Numbered from the stretch's first letter, positions 9,887 to 18,504 are shown. The stretch is 32,000 nucleotides of DNA from Nitrosomonas europaea (GCF_900167395.1 NZ_FUWK01000004.1:1-32000); one strand, 5' to 3'. Numbers and translations: made by a program. The notes: a model not told the origin generated them from the sequence alone.

Positions 9887-9923
9887 AGTGGGGGTTAACA
9901 AGTATATCCCCACTTTTTTATTT
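9887..9923 (+). terminator. Intrinsic-terminator-like hairpin on the + strand between the nsrR start and the ncgA promoter
   Basis: agtgggg (9887-9893) pairs with ccccact (9908-9914) across a 14-nt loop, followed by TTTTTTATTT. On the minus strand the same hairpin is preceded by an A-run, so it only looks like a terminator for + strand transcripts. Confidence 0.5.
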
Positions 9924-9935
9924 CTGCCCGACTGG

Positions 9936-9963
9936 TTGACAATCTGAATCGAACGGGTAAAAT
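9936..9963 (+). promoter_or_regulatory. sigma70-type promoter of the ncgABC-nirK operon
   Basis: TTGACA (9936-9941), a 16-nt spacer, then TAAAAT (9958-9963). The -35 overlaps TTGTCA on the opposite strand, which with TAAAAA 16 nt downstream could be the divergent nsrR promoter. Confidence 0.65.
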
Positions 9964-9970
9964 CCATCAA

Positions 9971-9993
9971 AAGATATATTAATAATATATCTT
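9971..9993. promoter_or_regulatory. NsrR operator (perfect 11-1-11 inverted repeat)
   Basis: AAGATATATTA-A-TAATATATCTT is a perfect palindrome with the same architecture as the enterobacterial NsrR box (AAGATGCATTT-N-AAATGCATCTT type). It sits immediately downstream of the -10, so bound repressor would occlude the promoter. Confidence 0.75.
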
Positions 9994-10009
9994 TAAGAGG
10001 AGGTGGTTA

Positions 10010-10045
10010 ATGATCACCGAAGAAGTTAAATATGACTGTATTTAA
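10010..10045 (+). CDS. Candidate 11-codon leader mini-ORF (MITEEVKYDCI) in the ncgA leader
   Basis: A near-consensus SD (AAGAGGAGGTGG, with GGAGG ending 6 nt before the ATG at 10010) is followed by ATG ATC ACC GAA GAA GTT AAA TAT GAC TGT ATT TAA. There is no homology evidence. Confidence 0.25.
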   Translation: MITEEVKYDCI

Positions 10046-10099
10046 AGGTCTTTCGTGCAGAAAAAGATGTATCTAATATACACCAAAAGGACTGTTTTT

Positions 10100-11158
10100 A
10101 TGAAAAATTCAATCTCGTTATTTTCGTCTTACCGCTTTACCCACATCATTCTGATGCTGATCGTGCTGGCGCTGATTCCTCTGACCAGCCAGGCGGAAAA
10201 ACGTGAATTCGATTTATCCATTGAAGATACACGCATCGTTCTGGTCGGCAAAAGAGATTTCCACACCTTTGCCTTCAATGGCCAGGTTCCTGCACCGCTC
10301 ATCCATGTCATGGAAGGAGATGATGTCACCGTGAATGTGACCAACATGACCACGCTGCCACACACGATTCACTGGCATGGCATGCTCCAGCGCGGCACCT
10401 GGCAGAGCGATGGCGTTCCTCATGCCACTCAGCATGCGATAGAGCCCGGTGATACGTTCACCTATAAATTCAAGGCGGAACCCGCCGGTACCATGTGGTA
10501 CCACTGCCATGTCAATGTCAACGAGCATGTCACCATGCGCGGCATGTGGGGCCCTCTCATCGTGGAACCCAAGAATCCTCTCCCGATCGAGAAAACGGTG
10601 ACCAAGGATTACATCCTGATGCTGTCCGACTGGGTGTCATCCTGGGCGAACAAACCGGGTGAAGGCGGTATTCCGGGAGATGTTTTCGATTACTACACGA
10701 TCAACGCCAAATCCTTTCCCGAAACACAGCCGATACGAGTCAAGAAAGGGGATGTCATCAGATTGCGACTCATTGGTGCAGGCGATCATGTTCACGCCAT
10801 TCACACCCATGGCCACATTTCACAAATAGCGTTCAAGGATGGATTCCCGCTGGATAAACCCATCAAAGGCGATACCGTCCTCATCGGGCCTGGTGAACGT
10901 TACGACGTCATCCTCAATATGGATAACCCGGGTCTGTGGATGATTCACGACCATGTCGATACGCACACCACCAACGGAGATAAGCCCGATGGAGGAATCA
11001 TGACGACGATTGAATACGAGGAAGTCGGAATCGATCATCCCTTCTATGTATGGAAAGACAAAAAGTTTGTACCGGATTTTTATTACGAAGAATCTCTGAA
11101 AAAAGATCTTGGAATGCATAACTCCAAAGTCTTCAAAGGAGAACCCATCGAGGAATGA
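10100..11158 (+). CDS. ncgA: Two-domain multicopper (blue copper) oxidase, NcgA
   Basis: The ATG at 10100 gives a Sec signal (MKNSISLFSSYRFTHIILMLIVLALIPLTSQA/EK); the track start GTG 10055 is an alternative. Copper motifs are HTIHWHG, WYHCHVNVNEH, HAIHTHGH and MIHDHVDTH. It is the first gene of the nirK cluster, as in N. europaea. Confidence 0.9.
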   Translation: MKNSISLFSSYRFTHIILMLIVLALIPLTSQAEKREFDLSIEDTRIVLVGKRDFHTFAFNGQVPAPLIHVMEGDDVTVNVTNMTTLPHTIHWHGMLQRGTWQSDGVPHATQHAIEPGDTFTYKFKAEPAGTMWYHCHVNVNEHVTMRGMWGPLIVEPKNPLPIEKTVTKDYILMLSDWVSSWANKPGEGGIPGDVFDYYTINAKSFPETQPIRVKKGDVIRLRLIGAGDHVHAIHTHGHISQIAFKDGFPLDKPIKGDTVLIGPGERYDVILNMDNPGLWMIHDHVDTHTTNGDKPDGGIMTTIEYEEVGIDHPFYVWKDKKFVPDFYYEESLKKDLGMHNSKVFKGEPIEE

Positions 11159-11186
11159 TGTGTAACACAACAAACCAAAGGAGAAA

Positions 11187-11885
11187 ATGATGAAACCTTA
11201 CTTGTTTGCAGCAATCGGTGCGAGTTTCTTCGCAACGTCACTTGCCGTTCATGCGGCAGATGTGCCAGCCGTACTTCAATCAAAGTGCGCTTCCTGCCAT
11301 GCATTGACCAAGCCGGAAAGTAATTCTCTGGATCGGCTGTGGGAGCGCAAAGGGCCTGATCTCCACTACGCCGGAAATAAATTCAACAAGGAGTGGCTGG
11401 TGGAGTGGCTGCAGGACCCGGCGAAGATTCGCCCGGCCGGTGAATTCTATCGCAAGCATGTCAAACCCGGCACCAAGGAGGACGTGGTGGATGAGTCATC
11501 CCTTGCCCCTCACCCCAAACTGGCCAGGAAGGATGCCGAAGCAGCTGCCAATGCACTGATGACGTTAACCGATCCTGATGGCCTGATCGAGAAAGGCGCC
11601 TTCAAGGATCAGAAAGTTGCCATGTCGATGGGCGCCATGTACTTCAATAAACTGCGCGGTTGCGCCGCCTGCCATTCGGCCGTTCCCGGAAAAGGAGGGT
11701 TATCCGGCCCGGAAATGGCGACTGCGGGCAAGCGTCTGCAACCCGACTTCATTTACAGCTATATCAAGGATCCACAGAAAATAGACAAAGGTGTCTGGAT
11801 GCCGAAACTCGATATTTCTGATGCAGATCTGCAAAAACTTACCAGCTATATCGTACAACTGAGCGCAAAGGAGGATAAAAAATGA
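11187..11885 (+). CDS. ncgB: Dihaem c-type cytochrome, NcgB
   Basis: It has a signal peptide (MMKPYLFAAIGASFFATSLAVHA) and two CxxCH motifs (CASCH, CAACH). An AAGGAG SD lies upstream; the second ATG at 11190 has better spacing. Confidence 0.85.
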   Translation: MMKPYLFAAIGASFFATSLAVHAADVPAVLQSKCASCHALTKPESNSLDRLWERKGPDLHYAGNKFNKEWLVEWLQDPAKIRPAGEFYRKHVKPGTKEDVVDESSLAPHPKLARKDAEAAANALMTLTDPDGLIEKGAFKDQKVAMSMGAMYFNKLRGCAACHSAVPGKGGLSGPEMATAGKRLQPDFIYSYIKDPQKIDKGVWMPKLDISDADLQKLTSYIVQLSAKEDKK

Positions 11886-12277
11886 ATAGCCGTAATTCAA
11901 TTTCTTTTTCATGGCTGACCAGCATTGGTCTGATTTCACTGCTTGCCTTCATGGAACCGGCCGCTGCCGCCAGTGATGATTCATTCGAGCATGCCGAGCG
12001 TCTGTATGACACTTACTGCACCCAGTGCCATGGTGTGAACCGGGATGGCAACGGTGTCAACAGCGTCTTTATGTCCGTTCAGCCGCGTGATCACAGTGAT
12101 GCCAAGGGCATGGGCGACATACCCAACAGTGAAATCATCGATGTGATCAAAAAGGGAGGGCTGGCTGCAAACAAATCGGTGCTGATGCCTGCCTGGGGGG
12201 GCGTTTTCAGTGATGAAGAAGTCAATCAGCTGGCGGCTTATTTACGTCATGTCTGCAAATGTGGTTCAGATCAATAA
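11882..12277 (+). CDS. ncgC: Monohaem c-type cytochrome, NcgC
   Basis: ATGA overlap with the ncgB stop suggests translational coupling. It has a signal peptide and a single CTQCH haem motif, with a distal Met candidate in VLMPAWG. Confidence 0.85.
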   Translation: MNSRNSISFSWLTSIGLISLLAFMEPAAAASDDSFEHAERLYDTYCTQCHGVNRDGNGVNSVFMSVQPRDHSDAKGMGDIPNSEIIDVIKKGGLAANKSVLMPAWGGVFSDEEVNQLAAYLRHVCKCGSDQ

Positions 12278-12295
12278 AAAAAGAGGAATAAGAGA

Positions 12296-13225
12296 ATGAA
12301 GTACAAGCAATTACTGAGGGGCATGTTGGCAAGCGGTTTTCTCCTGATGGGGATTCAGGCTGAAGCCAAAACAGTGCAGGTAACGTTACATGCAGTTGAA
12401 ACCGATGTGGCCTACGACAATAAGGGAAGTACTTATCGTGCCTGGACGTTCGACGGTAAGGTTCCCGGTCCGGTCGTACGGGTCACTGAAGGGGATACGG
12501 TGGAATTTACCCTCATCAATGACAAAAATAGTAAGAACTCCCATTCCATGGATTTCCATGCTGCCAGGCTGGATGTGGTGGAGGATTTCGAGTCGATCAA
12601 GCCGGGTGAAACAAAAAAATACACCTTTACTGCTGATAATCCCGGTGTATTTTTTTATCACTGTGGCTCTGATCCGATGATTCAACACATCGCACGAGGT
12701 ATGTACGGTGTGATCATCGTGGATCCGAAAGATGCAAATGCATTACCCAAGGCAGATCGTGAATATGTGCTGATTCAGGCTGAGCATTACGAGAATCCTG
12801 ACGACAAAACAGCCATGATGCAGAACAAATGGAGTAATGTCGTATTCAATGGAGGGGTTTTCAAGTATGACCCGGTGCATGATTCTGAAGCCACCAGCTG
12901 GCTGCAGGCCAAACCAGGTGAACGGGTGCGCATTTACTTCGTCAACGCCGGACCCAATGAATTGTCATCCCTTCACCCCATAGCAGGGATCTGGGATCGG
13001 GTTTACCCCAGCGGCAACCCCAAAAACGTCCAGTATGCCCTGCAATCCTATCTGATAGGAGCGGGAGATGCGGCAACGCTGGATCTGATTTCTCCGGTTG
13101 AAGGTGCCAACGCGATCGTCGATCATTCGATGCGTCATGCACACTCCGGTGCAATCGCCGTCATTATGTTCACTAATGACGCTGATCCGGAAGCAGGTCG
13201 GGGAGAGAATATCCTGATTCGCTAA
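12296..13225 (+). CDS. nirK: Copper-containing nitrite reductase NirK
   Basis: 309 aa with a signal peptide and cupredoxin copper ligand motifs (HSMDFHAA, FFYHCGSDPMIQHIARGMYG). It is the last gene of ncgABC-nirK. Confidence 0.95.
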   Translation: MKYKQLLRGMLASGFLLMGIQAEAKTVQVTLHAVETDVAYDNKGSTYRAWTFDGKVPGPVVRVTEGDTVEFTLINDKNSKNSHSMDFHAARLDVVEDFESIKPGETKKYTFTADNPGVFFYHCGSDPMIQHIARGMYGVIIVDPKDANALPKADREYVLIQAEHYENPDDKTAMMQNKWSNVVFNGGVFKYDPVHDSEATSWLQAKPGERVRIYFVNAGPNELSSLHPIAGIWDRVYPSGNPKNVQYALQSYLIGAGDAATLDLISPVEGANAIVDHSMRHAHSGAIAVIMFTNDADPEAGRGENILIR

Positions 13226-13268
13226 GTAACTGACTGTATAACTATAAACCCCCATAGGCTTGTGTCAC

Positions 13269-13306
13269 AAAAAACCCGTCATCGTGATCTTATTCACTAT
13301 GGCGGG
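13269..13306 (-). terminator. Probable terminator in the nirK/cphA convergent gap
   Basis: cccgtcat (13275-13282) pairs with atggcggg (13299-13306) as an 8-bp stem. One position is a G-T wobble on + strand RNA and a C-A mismatch on - strand RNA. A6 at 13269-13274 becomes a T6 tail on the minus strand, downstream of the cphA stop. It could also act on nirK transcripts. Confidence 0.5.
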
Positions 13307-13412
13307 CCTTATTGAATATAGTTCGTAATTTCCGGCTTGTCGAAGCCGTCTGCAAAATACCGGAGCAGTGACAGGGCCTGAACTTCTGCATGCCGGTTCA
13401 GAATGATTTCTG

Positions 13413-15983
13413 TCAGGCCACAGCAATGCGAGAGTGGATATATCCGAGTGCCTGTTCAACCTGATCGATCAGAATAAGGCAAAGTTCACCTGCTTCCAGA
13501 TTGGTCAGCGCTGTATCGATCGCCTTGAATTCGCCGCGGATTTCACTGACCTTGCGCACACGTTTGGCATTCTCCAACCCTTCCCGCAATAACCCGAGCA
13601 CCTCACCGTCAGCTCGACCGCGTTGACATTTGTCCTGAAACAGTACGACTTCATCGAACACATCTCCCAGAATCCGGGTTTGCAACCGGATATCTTCATT
13701 ACGGCGATCGCCTGCCGCACTGATGACCACTGTGCGTTTCTTTGCAGGAATATGATCGATGGCGCATACCAAGGCTTCCATGGCATCCGGGTTATGGCCG
13801 TAATCCGCTATCAGAGTCGCTTCCCGGTAATTGAACAGATTGAACCGCCCTGGAACGGTCTGTGCATCGCTGACGAAATCGGCCAGTCCTGCGCAGATGG
13901 TCGTCCAATCGAGCTCGATGGCCAATCCTGCACCAATAGATGCCATGGCATTGTCTATCTGGAAGCTGATCATGCCATTTTTCGTCAAACGAATTTGGCT
14001 GAGGGAAATTCGCCGTTCAGTTCCCGCTTCTGCAACGATGATATGATGATCTTCCATGTAGATTACACGTTTGCCTTGAACACGCTGCTCCAGAATTACC
14101 GGATGACGGTGGTTGCGGGAAAAGAAGGTGACATTTCCCGGACAGTGGCTTGCCATACCGAGAACCAGTGGATCATCTGCATTCAGCACCGCAACACCGG
14201 TTTTGGGATTGACATTTTCCACGATGGTACGTTTGACGGCTGCCAGCTCTTCAGCCGTATTGATATTGGCCAGGCCGAGATGATCTCCCCGGCCGATGTT
14301 GGTGACAACGGCCACATCACAATAATCAAATCCCAGCCCCTCGCGCAGAATACCGCCACGCGCGGTTTCCAGTACTGCCGCATCGACCTCGGGATGGAAC
14401 AGTATGTTTCGGGCACTTTGCGGGCCGCTGCAATCCCCCGTATCCACGCACTGGCCGTTGACGAATACGCCATCAGTGCAGGCGATACCCACCCGTAACC
14501 GGTTGTTTTCCAGCATATTGGCAATCAAACGCACCGTAGTGGTTTTTCCATTGGTGCCGGTTACTGCGATTACCGGGATACGTGCGTTCTCACCTGGTGC
14601 GAACAGATGATCGATGATGGCTTCTCCCACTGCACGCGGTTTGCCGTATGAAGGCTGCAGATGCATACGCAGACCAGGGGCGGCATTGACTTCGATGACT
14701 GCTCCCCCCTGTTCTCCCAGCGGGCGTGACAGGCTACTGCATATCACATCGATCCCGCAGATATCGATGCCTGTCATCCGGGCAGCCATCACAGCACACT
14801 CGGCAATATCGGGATGAACTTCGTCTGTTACGTCTGTTGCCGTGCCACCGGTGGAAAGATTGGCGTTATTACGCAATGTCACCAGCTTACCTTTGTCCGG
14901 AACGGAAGCTGCATTGAGCCCTTGCAATGCAAGGTGCGCCAGAGAGATTTCATCCAGATGAATTCTGGTCAGCAGATTTGCATGTCCTTCGCTGCGCAGC
15001 GGATTACTGTTGATCTGTTTCACCAGTTGAGCGATGCTGTGGATGCCATCACCCACTACCTGTGGCGGATCACGCCTTGCGGCTGCAACCAGCTTGTTGC
15101 CCACGACCAGTAACCGGTAATCATGTCCGCTGATGTAACGTTCGACCAGGACATTTCTGCTTCTTTCCGCCGCGACATGATAGGCCGCTTTTATCTGGTC
15201 ACGATCGGTCAGATTGGCCGTAACACCTTTGCCCTGGTTGCCATCCTGCGGTTTGATGACGATCGGTGCACCTATTTCACAGGCTGCTGCCCAGGCATCA
15301 TCGGCGCTGATCACCGGTCGCCCGGTCGGAACAGGAATACCGGCTGTATGTAAAAGCATCTTGGTGAGATCCTTGTCCTGCACAATGGATTCTGCAACGA
15401 CACTGGTAAGATCACTTTCGGAAGCCAGGATACGCCGCTGCCGGCTTCCCCAGCCAAATTGAACCAGACTGCCGTCAGTCAGACGGCGGTAGGGAATTTT
15501 ACGCCTGACAGCGGCCTGCACGATCGAGTTCGTACTGGGCCCGAGACGGATGTCCTCGTACAGCTCACGTAGACGGTTCACTGCCTCGCTGGTGTCAAAC
15601 GGAGCGGCTTCTGCCACTGCCCGGCACAATGCGAGGGATTGCTCCAGCGCCAGTCGGCCAACGGCCTCTTCGCTATATTCCACGACGACACGCCAGGTAT
15701 TTGCCTCTGCCATTTTTATCACGCGGCTGAAGCTGACGGAACAGCCCGCCCGTTCCTGAAGTTTGAGAGTAATGAATGCCAGGATGTGAGCAAGAGTCGT
15801 TTCCTGCCAGTCGACCGGCTGAAGCAGAGCGATATCCGGAAAATATTCACGCAGGCGTGTATCGAAGCCAGGAATGCTGTCAGGCAGACATTCATTCTGT
15901 TCGAAAACAAGTGTGGCTTCGATAGCGGCAAGTTTACTCCAGACGTTGGGTCCACGCAGTGCACGAATTTGTAATACCTTCAT
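13413..15983 (-). CDS. cphA: Cyanophycin synthetase CphA (full-length, 856 aa)
   Basis: N-terminal domain MKVLQIRALRGPNVWS. ATP-grasp motifs IVIKPQDGNQGKGV and VIEVNAAPGLRMH. Intact Mur-ligase-like domain with P-loop VTGTNGKTTT, NIGRGDHLG and DYGHNPDA. AAGGAA RBS upstream. Confidence 0.95.
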   Translation of the reverse strand: MKVLQIRALRGPNVWSKLAAIEATLVFEQNECLPDSIPGFDTRLREYFPDIALLQPVDWQETTLAHILAFITLKLQERAGCSVSFSRVIKMAEANTWRVVVEYSEEAVGRLALEQSLALCRAVAEAAPFDTSEAVNRLRELYEDIRLGPSTNSIVQAAVRRKIPYRRLTDGSLVQFGWGSRQRRILASESDLTSVVAESIVQDKDLTKMLLHTAGIPVPTGRPVISADDAWAAACEIGAPIVIKPQDGNQGKGVTANLTDRDQIKAAYHVAAERSRNVLVERYISGHDYRLLVVGNKLVAAARRDPPQVVGDGIHSIAQLVKQINSNPLRSEGHANLLTRIHLDEISLAHLALQGLNAASVPDKGKLVTLRNNANLSTGGTATDVTDEVHPDIAECAVMAARMTGIDICGIDVICSSLSRPLGEQGGAVIEVNAAPGLRMHLQPSYGKPRAVGEAIIDHLFAPGENARIPVIAVTGTNGKTTTVRLIANMLENNRLRVGIACTDGVFVNGQCVDTGDCSGPQSARNILFHPEVDAAVLETARGGILREGLGFDYCDVAVVTNIGRGDHLGLANINTAEELAAVKRTIVENVNPKTGVAVLNADDPLVLGMASHCPGNVTFFSRNHRHPVILEQRVQGKRVIYMEDHHIIVAEAGTERRISLSQIRLTKNGMISFQIDNAMASIGAGLAIELDWTTICAGLADFVSDAQTVPGRFNLFNYREATLIADYGHNPDAMEALVCAIDHIPAKKRTVVISAAGDRRNEDIRLQTRILGDVFDEVVLFQDKCQRGRADGEVLGLLREGLENAKRVRKVSEIRGEFKAIDTALTNLEAGELCLILIDQVEQALGYIHSRIAVA

Positions 15984-16009
15984 GGATATTTTCCTTAAAT
16001 GATCTGACT

Positions 16010-18316
16010 TTAGAAAGTTTGGTAAACGATCGATTGCTTTTCCTGGTGTTGCAGGAATGTGATCAAACCGGTACGAATGAGATCGGGTGACATACCCAGT
16101 GCCCAGCCTGCTCCGACACCTGCCAGCAGGTGTGCTGTTTCCACAGGATGATTGCCGGTTTTTGCCTGCAGTTCATCCAGTCGGATCAGTATTGTTTCAG
16201 CCGTTCCATCAATCAGCAGGATTTCCCAGTTACGCACGGTGACCGCACGTTTTCCCCGGGTCGGGCCTGTTCCTTCCTGCCGGTGGACGCTGATCACGGG
16301 CAGTGTGGGATCACAACTGATGTAAATGACCTCTCCCTGACATAAATCCGCCATCTGAACCAGCATGGGATCCTGGGCATTCAGAATGGCGGCACCGGTT
16401 GGCAGTATGATTTCCGGCAAAATGTCTCCTTCTCTTTTGCCTCCGGTGGGAGAAACGACATCCACTTGCGTTCTGAGTACCTTGAAAACCTGTTCGGATG
16501 TATCGATCCACTGATGAGCAAAATGCAATGCCGGTTCTATCCGGGTGACGATCCCTACTTGACAACTGTCATACGGCAGACCTTCCTCGAGCATGGTATC
16601 GAAACCATTTTCGAAAACAGCTGCTTCAACGGTGCGGTTCATCAGAATACGGCGGGCTGATTTATGATTGGCGCAGTTGCCGTGATCGATTTTCCTGTGA
16701 TCGAGATAAAGTCCGCTGCTGCATGCCAGACCGGTACGTCTGCCTGATAGCGTGAGCAGACTGGCGACGAAACGGGCAATGGTCGTCATGCCCTTGCTGC
16801 CGGTAATGCCAACGACAGGAATACGACCCTGATCCTGATTCGGAAACAGTTGATCGATGATTGCCTCGCCTACCGGTCTCGGTTTGCCGATAGCGGGTTT
16901 GATATGCATGAGTAAGCTGGGGCCGGCGTTGACCTCGACGATGGCGCCCCCTTGTTCGGCAAGCGGGCGTGAAATATCTTCTACAACCAGGTCGATTCCG
17001 GCAATATCCAGACCGATGATGCGGGCAGCCAGTACAGCCAGATCAGCCGTCGCCGGATGGACTTCATCGGTGATATCGATTGCGTGATTGCCGTTGCGCT
17101 GTATTCGTACCTTTGTTCCTGAAGGCAGAATGGAATCACCGGTGTAACCCTGGTGTGCGAGCTCCATTCGAATCGCATTATCCAGCTCGATGAAATTGAG
17201 CGGATGATTTTCAGAAGTACCCCGACGCGGATCGGAATTGATCTGATCTTCTATCAATTTTGCAATCGTGGAGACGCCATTCCCGGTAACGAAGACCGAA
17301 TCTCCCCGCGCAGCGGCCACGAGCTGCCCCCCCACGATGAGCAGACGATGTTCGATTCCAGGAATATAGCGTTCAACCAGTACATCACTACCTTCCTGCA
17401 GGGCAATCGGAAAAGCGGCCTCGATTTCCTCACGGTTACTCAGCTCGATAAAAACGCCACGCCCGTGATTTCCATCCCCGGGTTTGATCACGACGGGCAG
17501 ACCAATATCTTCGGCAGCCAGCCAGGCATCCGCCGGATCGGTCACGATACGTCCTTCCGGGACGGGTACACCGCAGGCACGCAACAGCGATTTGGTCAGT
17601 TCCTTGTCACGTGAAATGTTTTCAGCGATGGCCGTGGTTCGATCTGTTTCCGCTGTCCAGATATACCGACTGCGCGATCCATGTCCCAGTTGAATGAGAT
17701 TGCCTTTATCCAGCAGACGAATCGATGGAATATTATGAGCGGCAGCAGCGTCGACGATGCAGGCAGTGGAAGGGCCGATCCAGTGCGAATCGATCATGTC
17801 ACGCAACTGCCCGATGGCATGCTGCACATCGTAAGCGAGTTGCATCTGATTGAATCCCATTGCGGCCAGTACCAGCTCCCGGGCCAGATACAGTGCCTTG
17901 AGCGTTATTTCCTTATGCCATGCACTGACGACTACCTTGTATACCCCGGAAGTCGAGGTTTCACGTGCCCGACCGAATCCTCCCCGCATTCCGGCAAGAT
18001 TCTGCAATTCAAGTGTGACATGTTCAAGAATGTGGCAGGGCCAGGTTCCTTCCTGAACACGGCGCAGAAATCCGCCTGGCTCACCATAACTGCAGCGATG
18101 CTCGATCAGTGATGGCAGCCACGATGACAATCGCTCATAAAAACCGGGAATCGTATCCGACGGATAGTTCTCGAGCTCACCAATATCGACGATTGCTTCC
18201 AGAACCGGGTGATACGTCCACATATTGGGACCGTTCAGATAACGTATTTCAAGAAACTTGAGATCTTTGGTGCTGTGAACAGAAGGGTCAGTATGAATTG
18301 CAATAGGAGTTGACAT
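16010..18316 (-). CDS. Cyanophycin synthetase paralog (CphA'/CphA2-like) with a degenerate, C-terminally truncated M domain, 768 aa
   Basis: I take the ATG at 18316 (MSTPIAIH...) over the track's TTG at 18346. N-terminal LKFLEIRYLNGPNMWTY and ATP-grasp motifs VVIKPGDGNHGRGV and IVEVNAGPSLLMH are kept. The P-loop reads ITGSKGMTT, the DH motif region reads RIEPALHFA, and the protein ends before the DYGHNP lobe. Confidence 0.85.
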   Translation of the reverse strand: MSTPIAIHTDPSVHSTKDLKFLEIRYLNGPNMWTYHPVLEAIVDIGELENYPSDTIPGFYERLSSWLPSLIEHRCSYGEPGGFLRRVQEGTWPCHILEHVTLELQNLAGMRGGFGRARETSTSGVYKVVVSAWHKEITLKALYLARELVLAAMGFNQMQLAYDVQHAIGQLRDMIDSHWIGPSTACIVDAAAAHNIPSIRLLDKGNLIQLGHGSRSRYIWTAETDRTTAIAENISRDKELTKSLLRACGVPVPEGRIVTDPADAWLAAEDIGLPVVIKPGDGNHGRGVFIELSNREEIEAAFPIALQEGSDVLVERYIPGIEHRLLIVGGQLVAAARGDSVFVTGNGVSTIAKLIEDQINSDPRRGTSENHPLNFIELDNAIRMELAHQGYTGDSILPSGTKVRIQRNGNHAIDITDEVHPATADLAVLAARIIGLDIAGIDLVVEDISRPLAEQGGAIVEVNAGPSLLMHIKPAIGKPRPVGEAIIDQLFPNQDQGRIPVVGITGSKGMTTIARFVASLLTLSGRRTGLACSSGLYLDHRKIDHGNCANHKSARRILMNRTVEAAVFENGFDTMLEEGLPYDSCQVGIVTRIEPALHFAHQWIDTSEQVFKVLRTQVDVVSPTGGKREGDILPEIILPTGAAILNAQDPMLVQMADLCQGEVIYISCDPTLPVISVHRQEGTGPTRGKRAVTVRNWEILLIDGTAETILIRLDELQAKTGNHPVETAHLLAGVGAGWALGMSPDLIRTGLITFLQHQEKQSIVYQTF

Positions 18317-18448
18317 GAAGGGAGGATCTGAATGTACACCCTCCAATTAACGCGCGATATGCCAAATCGGTTTACAGCAAACCTGGATTTTTCTGGATAC
18401 CTTTCATTTCTTGCTGAAAGCGAGTGCACTACATACATAATCAGATTC

Positions 18449-18477
18449 TTGCAATGGCAGAAAGGTTGTAATAAAGT
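18449..18477 (+). promoter_or_regulatory. sigma70-like promoter of the TA operon
   Basis: TTGCAA (18449-18454), a 17-nt spacer, then TAAAGT (18472-18477). Confidence 0.4.
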
Positions 18478-18482
18478 ATGAT

Positions 18483-18499
18483 TTCCTTACAGTAAGGAA
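18483..18499. promoter_or_regulatory. Palindromic operator candidate overlapping the antitoxin RBS
   Basis: TTCCTTAC-A-GTAAGGAA has perfect 8-bp arms. It lies between the -10 and the ATG at 18505 and contains the AAGGAA RBS. This is the typical position for autoregulation by an AbrB-fold antitoxin. Confidence 0.5.
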
Positions 18500-18504
18500 T
18501 CAAG

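Noticed and set aside
13265-13459. 64-aa minus-strand ORF spanning the nirK/cphA gap
   Set aside because: It overlaps the cphA 3' end out of frame and contains the terminator hairpin. It has no RBS.
13623-14498. 291-aa + strand ORF, with similar ORFs at 14814-15113, 15639-15974, 17153-17614 and 17681-18112
   Set aside because: They are antisense shadows of the two cyanophycin synthetase genes. They are His/Cys/Arg-rich nonsense typical of reverse frames.
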